A stretch of 64,000 bases of DNA from Eledone cirrhosa (GCA_964016885.1 OZ024741.1:10168001-10232000), one strand, 5' to 3'. Counted from the stretch's first letter, positions 1 to 11,412 are shown. Program-made: numbers and translations. The notes: generated from the sequence alone by a model not told the origin.

Positions 1-21
1 TTAAGAGGGCTTCGTGGTATG

Positions 22-793
22 TAGTAGCAACAGTAGCAGTAGCAGCAGTAGCAGCAGTAGCAGCAGTAGCAGTAGTAGCAGCAGTAGCAGTAGTAGCAGC
101 AGTAGCAGCAGTAGCAGAAGAAGCAGCAGTAGCAGTAGTAGCAGCAGTAGCAGCAGTAGCAGCAGTATCAGTAGTAGCAACAGTAGCAGCAGCAGTAGCA
201 GTAGTAGCAGCAGTAGCAGCAGTAGCAGTAGTAGCAGCAGTAGCAGCAGAAGCAGCAGTAGCAGTAGTAGCAGCAGCAGCAGTAGCAGTAGTAGCAGCAG
301 TAGCAGTAGCAGCAGTAGCAGCAGTAGCAGCAGTAGCAGCAGAAGCAGCAGTATCAGTAGTAGCAACAGTAGCAGCAGCAGCAGAAGCAGCAGTAGCAGT
401 AGAAGCAGCAGTAGCAGCAGTATCAGTAGTAGCAGTAGTAGCAGTAGTAGCAGCAGTAGCAGCAGAAGCAGCAGTAGCAGTAGAAGCAGCAGTAGCAGTA
501 GTAGTAGCAGAAGCAGCAGCAGCAGTAGCAGTAGCAGTAGTAGCAGCAGTAGCAGCAGTAGCAGTAGTAGCAGTAGCAGCAGTAGCAGTAGCAGTAGCAG
601 TAGCAGTAGTAGCAGCAGTAGCAGCAGAAGCAGCAGTAGCAGCAGAAGCAGCAGCAGCAGTAGCAGTAGCAGTAGTAGCAGCAGTAGCAGCAGTAGCAGT
701 AGTAGCAGTAGCAGCAGTAGCAGCAGAAGCAGCAGTAGCAGCAGCATCAGCAGTAGCAGCAGCAGCAGCAGCAGTAGCAGCAGCAGCAGCAGT
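22..793 (+). repeat. Compound (AGC/AGT)n trinucleotide microsatellite
   Basis: Continuous AGC/AGT triplets. The poly-Ser and poly-Leu ORFs are artefacts of the repeat. Confidence 0.97.
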
Positions 794-1580
794 GTTCAGC
801 TACAATTTCTCTGTTGAAATTCTTTGATGGTTTCTTTATTAGGTGAAATGGTCTTGATCTTAATTTGCGGCACATCTTCGTCACTAGTATGCGGGGATCA
901 GTCCAACAGTCATCTGCACCTACCATGGCTCACCTGACTAAAACCTCAGCTCTGTGTTGCTACCCTGTGATGATATAATCAAGTATATGCCAGTACCCTG
1001 ATCTTCGATACATCCAGGTTGTCTTGAAGTGCTGTTTGAGATGAAAGATTGTGTTAGTTATTGAGAAGCGATGTAAGTCCCGAGAAGGATTGTAGCTGCC
1101 CACACCTTCCTTACCGAGAACTCCGGGTCATGGTTGTTAATAACTCAAGCATTGAAGTCTACTAGGACGGGGAGCCAGAGAGATAGGAGAAGACAGTTGG
1201 AGATAGAATTATTCCTTTACATTCCCTTCTAAGATGAGTGTTGGAACATAGACAGTGATTATTGTCAAGAATAGGCCACTTTACTGAGTAACTCTGAGTT
1301 TCATGAGCCATTTATTTGTGTTAGTTAGGCAGAGATTATGCCTGACAAATATTTCATTCCAGATGGCAAAGTCAACTCCATGGATGCAGGGATCATCCTT
1401 ACAGTTCCCCTTCCAAACATATGTGTATCCAACCTGTTTCTCTATAATTCTGCCTTACTCAAAAAGTCTAGTCTCGCCGAGGGCTGCAATGCCTACATTA
1501 AACCCGTTCTTCTGTGGGACTTGTCGTGGTCAATATCGTGGAGCTGACCCTGAAGTGTTCGGACATTCCGGGCATCAATA
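794..1580 (-). pseudogene. Decayed RTE-clade (BovB-like) LINE, apurinic endonuclease domain
   Basis: Manual minus-strand translation gives ordered APE motifs with stops and frameshifts: ARNVRTL (~1575), NVGIAALGETRLFE*GRIIEKQVGYTYVWKGNCKDDPCIHGVDFAI (~1499-1362), ITNTIFHLKQHFKTTWMYRRSGYWHILDYIIT (~1062-967), AMVGADDCWTDPRILVTKM (~930-872). Truncated by the AGC tract. Sequence up to ~2130 may be its 5' UTR. Confidence 0.88.
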
Positions 1581-2820
1581 AGTTTTTTGTATCATATGTA
1601 TTTCTATTTTTGTTTCTCCCACAATCGGGAGGTAACCGCTGGTTGCGGTAGACCAGCCAGCTTAAAAGAGAGGACTCCAAATCTAACCCACCTTTTCTAG
1701 GTCTATCCCATTAAGGCGGACAGTGGTACACCCGAATAAGTCTACTCGGACGTGACAGCAGAACTGAAAGTCAGTTTGTTGTTGATTCACTGGTTCTAGC
1801 GACCATCTTACTGTCATCGCCACTGTACAACCTTTGACACTAGAAACTCCCAGCTTTCCAAACCTGTTCCATTCGCACATTGCCATCACCAGTGGTCTTT
1901 ATATGATTTTGTGTAGAGGATTTGCTGATTCCTTGTCACTGGCCTATAGTGTTTAAGGTGGTCCACAGTTCGTCTCCTGTGTCACACACACTTGACACAA
2001 ATTTTCCCTACGGCCTCCCATAGAGAAGCACATACAGATTGGTGTAGTGGGCTGCAATGAGCTGCCGGCATGAATGGTTTATCTAGCAGTGCCAACTCAG
2101 TGCACACTCGTCAGGCACATGGATGAGTATAGGACTTATTTAAGGCGGCCCTTTCTCTCCTTGCCACAGGTCCATATCAGCTCTTCGCTCATATTTTAAA
2201 CTCAGTAATGCCACCCGTTTATCACTGAATCAAGCCACTGCATGGTCCTGGCGTTGAATGGTCCGAGACTGCTTATTCCACAGGCATATCTGCCTGTTTA
2301 TATTGCAGCTAACCACTATATCTAGTGGCCGTTCTCAATACGCCACCTGAGACCCGCTCTCTAGCCAACAACTAGGCCGATGGTTTGTCGTTACTATAAC
2401 ACTGAATAGGTCCTCCATTTTCTATTCTCTATATTCTGTTTGTGTTCGACGTAATGCTGTTGTCTTATGGGAGTAATTCGTGTGAGTTATTTTAGTCTAA
2501 ATATTCTATCAACTACCTTAACACCTTACCGTAAGCCATCGGAACATTCTCGTCAACGGAGACTACGATTGATTTATCAATTGATTGATATCTACTGGTC
2601 AGTAAAATCGACAATTCATCAAGCATCAATTGAAATTAATTCCAATGTCCGTATCTCATGCTTGCCCACCACAATTTATACAGTTGTCAAAGTACAGTTA
2701 ACTTTCCTATACTTCAGCATCCATCTTGTCTTCAGGGAGTGGTGTTGCTTAGCCACACGTCGGCCATTGTTCAGCAGACTTATGGTCAGATTATTTAATG
2801 TTGTCTTTCACTCAACTTAA

Positions 2821-3158
2821 GACCGCATGGCTTAGTGGTTAGAGCGTCGAGCTTACAATTGTGAAGTTGTCAGTTCGATTCTCGGACCGGGCTTTCCGGT
2901 GTTTTCTTGAGCAAGACACTTTATTTCAGGTTGCTCCAGTTCACTCAGCTGTAGAAATGAGCTGTGACGCCACTGGTGCCAAGCTGTATCAGCCATTGTC
3001 TTTCCCTTGGACAACATCAGTGAAGAGGGGATACTGGCACACATGGGTGACTACTGGTCTTCCATAAACAACCTTGCGCGGACTAATGCCTCCGAAGGGA
3101 ACATTCTAGGTGCAAATCCGATGGTCATTCGTGGCCGAAGGGGGTCTTTACCCCTTTT
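2821..3158 (+). mobile_element. tRNA-derived SINE with a CORE-like central domain
   Basis: A box TGGCTTAGTGG (2828), B box GTTCGATTC (2873), then TTCTTGAGCAAGACACTTTA...CTCAGCTGTAGAAATGAG, which resembles the MIR/CORE domain. Ends in a short T run. Confidence 0.8.
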
Positions 3159-3430
3159 TATACATGTGTCAAAACACCATAGTCGAATGTTTAGGAGGCT
3201 TTCTTCGCAATCATTAAGTCCCGATTTCGAACGTCACTTTCTATAAACTCAAATCAACCCATGCCTTGTAAATGAAAGTGGATTGGCGGCCCATTAAATG
3301 CAGTGTAGGGGAAATTCAACGGGTTTGTCATGTCTTATGGAATAGAGCAAGGGCAAAATTGTATTCTATAAAATATCTGTATCTTTATCTATCGATCTAC
3401 TTATCTCTCTCTGTACACTCACACACACAC

Positions 3431-4043
3431 TCCAAAGAGACCTGTTTCGCCAGGAAATTGTTGACTGAAATGGAATAGCCTATGGTTCATCAGCGCGATA
3501 GGCTATTCCATTTCAGTCAACAACTTCCTGGCGAAACAGATCTCTTTGGATTTGTATGCGTGTGTTATATAGTTATAGAGGTGCGTATATACATTTTAAT
3601 TTATATTTTTAATTATCGTGTGTCTACCCTGCCTTTCATAGGTTATAGATCCATACACTGGTGGCTCCCCTGTTTTATTGATGGCACACTATCTCTCTCT
3701 AGTGTGTTACCCTTTCAACATATTGTATTTTAAAGAGCTCAGGATGCCTTTTCCTTTGAGCACATTATTGACAGGGAATAACGAGGGTCTAGGGCTCCGT
3801 TAATTTATCGTGATATTTCGCTCCTTATAACAGTCTTTCCCCTCTCTCTCTGTTTGGTTGAGCACATTTCTTTGAGTGGTTTTTGGGCTGCCCTTTCTAG
3901 CAGCTCGTCCGTCAGATACCTCTGGTTCACTGTCCTACGCACGCTGTCACATCTCTCTCCCGTGTGTAGCTGGACGGTGGCTTTAGATTCTCTTAGAGTT
4001 GTCTGGAATGTATGGCCTTGCACGCGCTGATGAACCATAGGCT

Positions 4044-4045
<2 letters not shown>
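3431..4045 (+). mobile_element. Non-autonomous Penelope-like/retrozyme-like unit: permuted hammerhead-like motif plus inverted end
   Basis: 53-bp arms 3431-3483 and 3498-3550 (2 mismatches, 14-nt loop). The loop plus part of the left arm recurs inverted at 4023-4045 (CGCGCTGATGAACCATAGGCTAT) next to (TA)n. Both CTGATGA and GAAACAG(G/A)TC hammerhead core pieces are present. Confidence 0.6.
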
Positions 4046-4208
<163 letters not shown>

Positions 4209-4486
4209 AACACTTTCCAGGATACATTTCACTGCAATATTCCACAGGACGCTCAACAGTATGTGGTTTCCTGTTTCCCAAACAGCTGTCCTCGGCAGTT
4301 AGCCCTGGTATTGAACCCCCTACAAAGCTAAAATGGTCATCATACATTTATTTGAACAAAACCAAGTGATCCTCCCCACCCTCGCTGACAGTTTTATATT
4401 CCCCTTTCAGAAATGTCGCTCTCTTCAAATTATAAATTTATAGTGTGTCACACAGTGTACTATGACGCATTGTTTTCTCTGAATTC

Positions 4487-4579
4487 ATATATATGAATGT
4501 GTGTGTGTATGTGTCTGTGTGTGTGTATGTATGTGTGTGTGTGTGTGTGTGTGTGTGCATATATATATGTATGGATATA

Positions 4580-4624
<45 letters not shown>

Positions 4625-4636
4625 ATGTATATATGC

Positions 4637-4680
<44 letters not shown>

Positions 4681-4801
4681 ATGTGTGTTTGTGTATATAT
4701 TTAAATGTATATATAGATACATTTAAATGTGCATATTTGAGTGTGTTGGGTGGGATGCGTGTGTATGATTATATGACTGCATTTATATGTATACATGTAG
4801 T

Positions 4802-4857
<56 letters not shown>
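4487..4857. repeat. Compound (TG)n/(TA)n microsatellite
   Basis: Direct reading. Confidence 0.95.
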
Positions 4858-4862
<5 letters not shown>

Positions 4863-5238
4863 AGATGTGTGTAATCCTTGGTAGAGTTAGGTATATTAAG
4901 ACAGGGGGGAAGAAAAAATGGCTTCACTTGTGCTTTCAACAAATTTATTATGATGTGATGTAATTCCATGATTCGTTGAGTGACTGGATTATATACACTC
5001 ACACGCAGGTATAAAATATAATATATATATAAATACATACATACATCATACATACATATATAAATACTTACATACATACATACATACACATATATATACA
5101 TATGAAAATACATAAGTACTTACATACACACATGCATACATTCATAGATACATACATTCAAACATCCATCCATCCACACATACATACATACATAAATACA
5201 TACATACATGCATACATACATGCATACATACATGCATT

Positions 5239-5576
5239 GAGAAGCTAGGCTTCACAGGAACAGAAAGTACACAACTAGTTAGGAAACTACAAGTACAATC
5301 CATTAATGGAACAGTAAAAATATGTAAAACATTCCAAAAATGTTACATCTAATAACTGCATATACACATGTACAGATACAAAGCATATACACATGCACAC
5401 ATACAACTCAAAACATCCACATCCACACATACAATAACATCCATATCTACACATGCATACATACATATCTACCTAGTTGATGTTGTGTAAATTCCAATGA
5501 GAGAGTCTTGTGTCTATGTTAGAAACCGACTCTCTCTCTATTGGTAAAACTTTGTGAAATTATAAAACCAGAAGAA
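5239..5576 (+). mobile_element. Extremely 5'-truncated R4/Dong-type non-LTR retrotransposon (ORF C-terminus plus 3' UTR)
   Basis: 5239-5352 reads EKLGFTGTESTQLVRKLQVQSINGTVKICKTFQKCYI*, colinear with the C-terminus ELGFANKKRSSLIDSLQMAAIAGTFKLCKTFLRFKG* of the 6661-9129 ORF. Flanked by (TACA)n on both sides. Confidence 0.82.
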
Positions 5577-5910
5577 CATACATACATATACATACATATA
5601 TACATAAATGCATACATACATGCATACATACATAAATACATACATACATACATACATGCATACATACAAACATAAATACATACATACATATATACATGCA
5701 TCAATACTTACATACATCAATACTTACATAAGTACTTACATACACGCAAGCATACATTCATAGATGCGTACATACAAACATCTATACATACATACATACA
5801 CACATACCTTCATACATATAAGGTAGCTGCCAACTCGTTTTCGAGTACAGCCACTACTTTATATCCATGTAGGAGAACCCCTACATATATACATATATAC
5901 ATACATACAT

Positions 5911-6525
5911 GGTGGCTGCCAACTCGTTTTCGAGTACGGCCACTACTTTATATCCATGTAGGAGAACGCCTACCGATGCGCTAACGAGTGTGACTTTTTA
6001 GTCCAGCCAGCGACTTGAAAACTCTGGTACAAACACTACACTTGTGACAATTATTGACACATAGTGCTGGGCCCATGGTACCATGTGACGACAAGTGCAG
6101 AGAGATCTCCAGATATAAAGCAATGCCTGTGCCGTGAAGCTTTTATAGTGAGCAAAGGCACTGCACAAAGCCAGTCCCACTCTCTTAACCAAGATGATAT
6201 TTACCAAAAAGAAGAACAAGTCAACATCATTGGATACCATCAGAGTTGCAGGTGTTATATCAGAGTTTTCCTTCTCCTAGAATTCTGCCTTGACAAAGGC
6301 TAAGGGGTCATCTCTCCCGGTGATTTTGGATGGCCATTGACTCTTAAGAGCGCCTTTGCCCTTTTGCCCTTTGACAGGTTTTGTTTTTAGCCCTGCAGGA
6401 TGTCCAAAGTCACCCTTCTCACCAAGAAACCTTGGTGGGGTGGCCAGTTTAGTCGCCAACGACCCGACCATGGGACAGGTTGTACTGGAATACATGTTAC
6501 CAGTAGCACCAACTGGTGACCTGAC
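5911..6525 (-). mobile_element. Probable 5' UTR portion of a LINE (RTE-like) inserted in (TACA)n
   Basis: A structured, higher-complexity island with sharp TACA borders. The left ~62 bp is duplicated at 5821-5884. The RTE assignment is from recalled resemblance only; no coding motif was seen. Confidence 0.35.
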
Positions 6526-6592
6526 ATAAACATACATACATACATACATACATATATACATACACACATACATACATACATACATACATACA

Positions 6593-6626
<34 letters not shown>

Positions 6627-6660
6627 CATACATACATACATACATAATGCATACATACAT

Positions 6661-9129
6661 ACTAAATCAGTTTATCGCAGCTTCGGTGGCAAAAGCTCAA
6701 TCCCTGTAAATGATACTCCTTCAAAAGAACAGGTTGAGAGCTACTGGAGATCTGTATGGGAAACGGATGACGGATTCAACAGACAAACTAATTGGCTAAA
6801 AGAACTGGAACAGGACTACTGCCAACATGTCCAGACAAAACAATATGACATAGATGGGTCAATACTGGAAAGAGCTCTACAAAAAATGTCGAATAGGAAA
6901 TCACCAGGCCCAGACCTCATTACAGGATACTGGTTGAAGAATTTCACTTTCTATCGGCAAGATCTCATACGGCTGTTTACAGAAACCATTAAAGGCACAC
7001 AAGAACTGCCCAGATGGTTATCAACTGCCACTACTCTCATCATTCCCAAAAATAACCAAACCACCCTTGCTAAAAATGACCGCCCAATAGCCTGCCAAAA
7101 CATCATGTATACATTATATACTGGGTGCCTTAACCTGTTCTTACAGGATCACTGTGCTACCAACAACATCATAACACCTGAGCAAGCTGGTGGAAAGGGG
7201 GAGGTGTGTGGTTGCATAGATCACCTACTAACTAACAAAATGATTCAGGAAAAAACAACAAAGAATCGCAGAAACATGACTGTGGTGTGGTTGGACTATC
7301 AAAAAGCATTTGATAGTGTACCTCATGGGTGGATTATTAAGGCTTTACAGTTAGCTTAAGTCCCACAACCATTGGTAGCTGCTGTTGAACGCCTGACCAA
7401 GAACTGGTACACCAATTTGATCCTTAGAGGTGAGAAGGAGCAAGTTAAGACTGATAAGATATATTGCCAGAAGGGCATCTTTCAGGGTGATAGCTTGTCA
7501 GTGCTACTCTTCGTTCTCTCACTGAATCCACTATCTTACCTATTCAGGAAACAAGGGGGACAAAGAAGTGGGCCCAGAAGTATCGCCCATCTTTTCTTTG
7601 TTGATGACCTGAAGTTGTATGGGCCAAATATCAATGACACCAAGAAACAATTGGACCTCATTACACAATTTTCAACCGACATCAAAATGAAATTTGGTGA
7701 GTCCAAGTGTGCATATTTGGCAGTAAAGCGTGGAAGAGCTGTGCCCTCCTCTACAAATCTAGAGATGAACGGCCTGAAAATACAACCTCTACAGTCAGGT
7801 GACAACTACAGATATCTTGGACAGGATGAGAATGTCAGATATGATGGACCCATAAAGAAGGAGAGAACCAGAACTGAATACCTCAGAAGAGTGAAGAAAA
7901 TATGTTCATCAGAACTGTCAGCGTACAACAAATACATTGCCCACAATACTTATGCTGTTCCAATTCTAACGCCAACATTTAGCCTGCTGAACTGGTCATT
8001 GCAAGAACTAAGTGAGATGGATGTTAGAACTCGAAAACTTCTCAGTGTTACTGGGAACTTTAACATCAATGGTGATGTGGATAGGCTATACTTCTCACGC
8101 AAGGAAGGTGGCCGGGGTCTAAAATCAATATTAACAACATATGAGGCCCGGATAGTAACACTGAAGCAACACCTTCAACAGAGGAAAAAGGTTGGCAACC
8201 ATCTTGCCCAGGTTTATGAACAAGAAAAAAAAAATATCATTAGAATAGCGACTGATCTGGAGGAGAGATATGGAATAAAGCCTGATATAAATCTCTCACC
8301 CAGAGAAATCGGAAGATCCTATTCAATGTTCAAACAAGATGAAATAATTGACCAATTTACAGAAAAAGTTGTGCATGGATACTTGAGGCGTAAAACACAG
8401 ACCATAGAGGGGATAAACCACTCAAAAAGCCTGGCATGGAGTTCCGACAAGTTTATGATATCACACCTTGAGGGATATCTCTATGCAATACAGGAACAAG
8501 AACTCCCTACCAAATATCTGCTGCACAAAAGAGGAAGGCCAGCAGCTGACAATAAATGTAGGCTATGTAAAACAAAGATAGAGGATGTAAGCCACATTGT
8601 TGCCAGCTGCGAAAGAATGTCATCTCGCTAATACCTCCCCATGAGACACGATGGGATAGCTAGAACCATCTGGAACGCACTTCGGAAAACAAAATTAACA
8701 ACAAACGAGGAAGAATATATTGAGACAGATGGCACTAAGAAATACTGGTGGAACCTGAAAATAAAAACTGCCACCAAATTAAAGCACAACCGGCCTGATA
8801 TTGTTGTTTGGGACAACACATTGAAAACGTGTTCTGTTGTGGAGATCAGCTGCCCACTTGATGTAAACGTTGTCAGAAAAATACAGGAGAAGAAGGACAT
8901 CTACGGACCATTGATGAGGAGTTTACAAATCCAGTATCCAAGATACACCTTTAGCTTCATACCCATCATTATTGGTGCTACGGGTTATATACCAACCCGC
9001 TTGAACCAAAGTATGACTGAACTTGGATTTGCAAACAAAAAGCGCAGCTCCCTAATTGATAGTCTACAAATGGCTGCGATAGCTGGCACCTTCAAACTTT
9101 GCAAAACATTCTTGCGATTCAAGGGATGA
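6661..9129 (+). pseudogene. RT-RLE polyprotein remnant with two nonsense codons
   Basis: ORFs 6886-7359, 7372-8631 and 8641-9129 are all in one frame, broken by TAA at 7357-7359 and 8629-8631. The frame stays open upstream to 6661 (TKSVYRSF...YWRSVWE). Confidence 0.9.
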
Positions 9130-9212
9130 CAATTTCCTTTCCTTTACAACCTTGCCACCAGGAAGGTGGCCGGTCAAAACAAAATATACTCGAAATTAAG
9201 AGAAAGAGATAA
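6661..9212 (+). mobile_element. 5'-truncated R4/Dong-clade non-LTR retrotransposon (RT + zinc knuckle + restriction-like endonuclease)
   Basis: Single reading frame 6661-9129 with RT motifs KSPGPD, RPIAC, WLDYQKAFDSVPH, GIFQGDSLS, HLFFVDDLK and YRYLG, followed by CRLC-x7-H-x4-C, RHD and RPDIVV...VEI. Short 3' UTR. (TACA)n on both flanks. Confidence 0.93.
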
Positions 9213-9620
9213 CATACATACATACATACACACATACATATATACATATATACATACATACAATCATTGTTGAAGGCTGACATATTGGCCACTTGCGTGA
9301 GAACATATATTTTCTGCCAATCGTATCAGCACCTTCTGCACAACACTGACTCCATAATTGTGGCTATTATTTCTTCAGTGAGTTGAAATTCAGGTGCCTA
9401 ATTAAAGGGTGTGTCAGAGACCCTGTATTAAATTGAAGGTAACTAGGTGCAACCTGTTGGCAGTGTTTAATCGACCGATATATCTTTAATGGTGTCGTCA
9501 CAACTTCATTGTCCTACCGCCATTTTGGGGTTACTTATAAAGACGATTCCCTTCCTAACAAAATACATTGTTTGATTGTCTGGCAAAGGAGAATAGATAT
9601 TGTAATGTGTTGTAAGTGTG

Positions 9621-9621
9621 T

Positions 9622-9669
<48 letters not shown>

Positions 9670-9720
9670 AAGGAGAGAGAGAGAGAGAGGGAGAGAGAGA
9701 GAAAAAGAGAGAGAGAGAGA

Positions 9721-9752
<32 letters not shown>
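9621..9752. repeat. Compound (CA)n(TA)n(GA)n microsatellite
   Basis: Direct reading. Confidence 0.95.
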
Positions 9753-9753
<1 letters not shown>

Positions 9754-9816
9754 CGGCAGAGATAGTGAGAGAACCACCAATTCTACCCATTGGTAATTAA
9801 ATTAACTTAAATGGTA

Positions 9817-9848
<32 letters not shown>

Positions 9849-10004
9849 ATATATTTATTTTATTTTCAACCAAAAAACTTTCCGGACTTTCGCAGTTATC
9901 TCCCTTACACCCCCGCATGCAGTCTACTATTGCCTGTGTGAAGTGACCGAGTTTCTGCGCATGCTCGTTCGTACAGTTGTCCTTCCTGTTCCTATAACCA
10001 TATA

Positions 10005-10051
10005 CATCCCGAGCTGAAGATCGCGAAGGTGAAACAATTGTTTTCGGTATG
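10005..10051 (+). ncRNA. Type I hammerhead ribozyme motif, minimal form
   Basis: CATCCCGAG-CTGAAGA-TCGCGAAGGT-GAAA-CAATTG-TT-TTCGGTATG. Stem I pairs 8/9, stem III is the palindrome ACAATTGT, the triplet is GUU, and stem II is weak. Lies in a ~220-bp island between (TA)n tracts. Confidence 0.68.
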
Positions 10052-10088
10052 GTGAACTAACTGTTGTGTAACCACTTCTATATATATA

Positions 10089-10478
10089 TATATTAATAAA
10101 AGGAATTCCAACTTTGTCTGATTTACTCGTTTTATTTACAATCCTTTAAAATTTATAATGGTATTAGAATGAAATAGTATGGTAGAATATTAAATGTTAA
10201 GTGTTAATTGAACAAGTACTTTCATGCTTTCGTAATCTTCAAGTTCATAATGTGTGGTGACAGTCAAGTTTGCAATTTCAACAGTTGAAAATTGCAAACT
10301 TGACTGTCACCACACATTATGAACTTGAAGATTGCGAAAGCATGAAAGTACTTGTTCAATTAACACTTAACATTTAATATTCTACCATACTATTTCATTC
10401 TAATACCATTATAAATTTTAAAGGATTGTAAATAAAACGAGTAAATCAGACAAAGTTGGAATTCCTTTTATTAATATA
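10089..10478. repeat. 390-bp near-perfect palindrome (fold-back element)
   Basis: Arms 10089-10282 and 10284-10478 with a 1-nt centre. I found one substitution and one 1-bp indel between the arms. Confidence 0.95.
10320..10358 (+). ncRNA. Minimal type I hammerhead-like motif within the palindrome (mirror copy 10209-10247, minus strand)
   Basis: TGAAC-TTGAAGA-T TGC GAAA GCA T-GAAA-GTAC-TT-GTTCA. Stem I is 5 bp, stem II has a GAAA tetraloop, stem III is the palindrome AGTACT. The core has U3 instead of C3. Confidence 0.62.
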
Positions 10479-10513
10479 ATCTTCTATACACAATCATACA
10501 CACCCGTGTATAT

Positions 10514-10659
<146 letters not shown>

Positions 10660-10880
10660 GAGTAAAACAAGATTCAATGAGTATATCAGAGAATGAGTTT
10701 TACAGTAGATTGGAAGCACTCTACAGTTAAAAAAAAAATAATTTTCCAGAAAATATAATGATACAAAATATAATGATACATGACATACGCTGAGATGTTA
10801 AATGGTTAAGATTATGTATTATTATATTTTGTAATGCACTGGGTAATTGCTGGCCTTGTGCCAAAAGAAGAAACAATTAT

Positions 10881-10933
10881 ATTTTGTCTGATGAGGACGT
10901 ACTGTTTTACCTCCGAAATATGTATAATAAAAT
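10881..10933 (+). ncRNA. Type I hammerhead ribozyme motif
   Basis: ATTTTGT-CTGATGA-GGA C GTA CTGTTT TAC C TCC-GAAA-TATGTA-TA-ATAAAAT. Stem I is 7 bp (one GU), the core is canonical, stem II is 6 bp with one mismatch, stem III is short, and the triplet is AUA. Confidence 0.75.
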
Positions 10934-10996
10934 TTAATTGATCAAAAGAACATCTATTTTATTAATATTTGTATTCTAATATATATATATATATAT

Positions 10997-11182
10997 AACA
11001 AACGAAATGTGGTAAGGAACCAGATGGACCATAACGCACCAGAGTACTCAATACTTAGGGTAGTAGAGTGGGAAATTAGAAAAAGTATGACCCCGACGGC
11101 AGAGCTCAAGCCATTTCGACGGCTATTTCTGGAAATAGCCGTCGAAACGGCTTGAGCTCTGCCGTTGGGGTCATACTTTTTC
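10997..11182 (-). mobile_element. 5'-truncated copy of the 16.5-kb hammerhead element with a fold-back end
   Basis: 10997-11129 is the reverse complement of ~16631-16761 (diverged), with its 3' end on (TA)n. 11079-11129 and 11132-11182 form a 51-bp hairpin with a 2-nt loop. Confidence 0.82.
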
Positions 11183-11332
11183 CAGTGGATATATAGAAGA
11201 GGTGAAGTTGGAAATAGCACGGGAAATATATTTTAGGGTCTGTTTTTCTATTTTTTTTTTTTTCCTTTCTTTGATTCGTCAAAGTGACATTATTGAAAAA
11301 ATAAGAGAGACAATTCTTTTTAAAAAGAGTTT

Positions 11333-11412
11333 TATAATGTATATAAAGTATATAATGTATATAAAGTATATAATGTATATAAAGTATATAAAGTATATAA
11401 AGTATATAAAGT
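11333..11412 (+). repeat. 9-bp unit TATATAA(A/T)G tandem repeat
   Basis: About 9 copies read directly. Confidence 0.85.

Larger units (their letters stand above)
5018..6660 (+). repeat. Interrupted (TACA)n tetranucleotide field hosting several insertions
   Basis: TACA/CATA runs at ~5030-5236, 5577-5820, 5883-5910 and 6525-6660. The field resumes at 9213-9262 after the R4 element. Confidence 0.9.

Noticed and set aside
2467-2820. 117-aa ORF containing TLTPYRKP, reminiscent of a Penelope RT C-terminal motif
   Set aside because: Only a few residues match, with no other RT or GIY-YIG motifs.
2821-2892. tRNA gene
   Set aside because: It has A and B boxes but imperfect stems and continues into a SINE body, so it is annotated as a SINE head.
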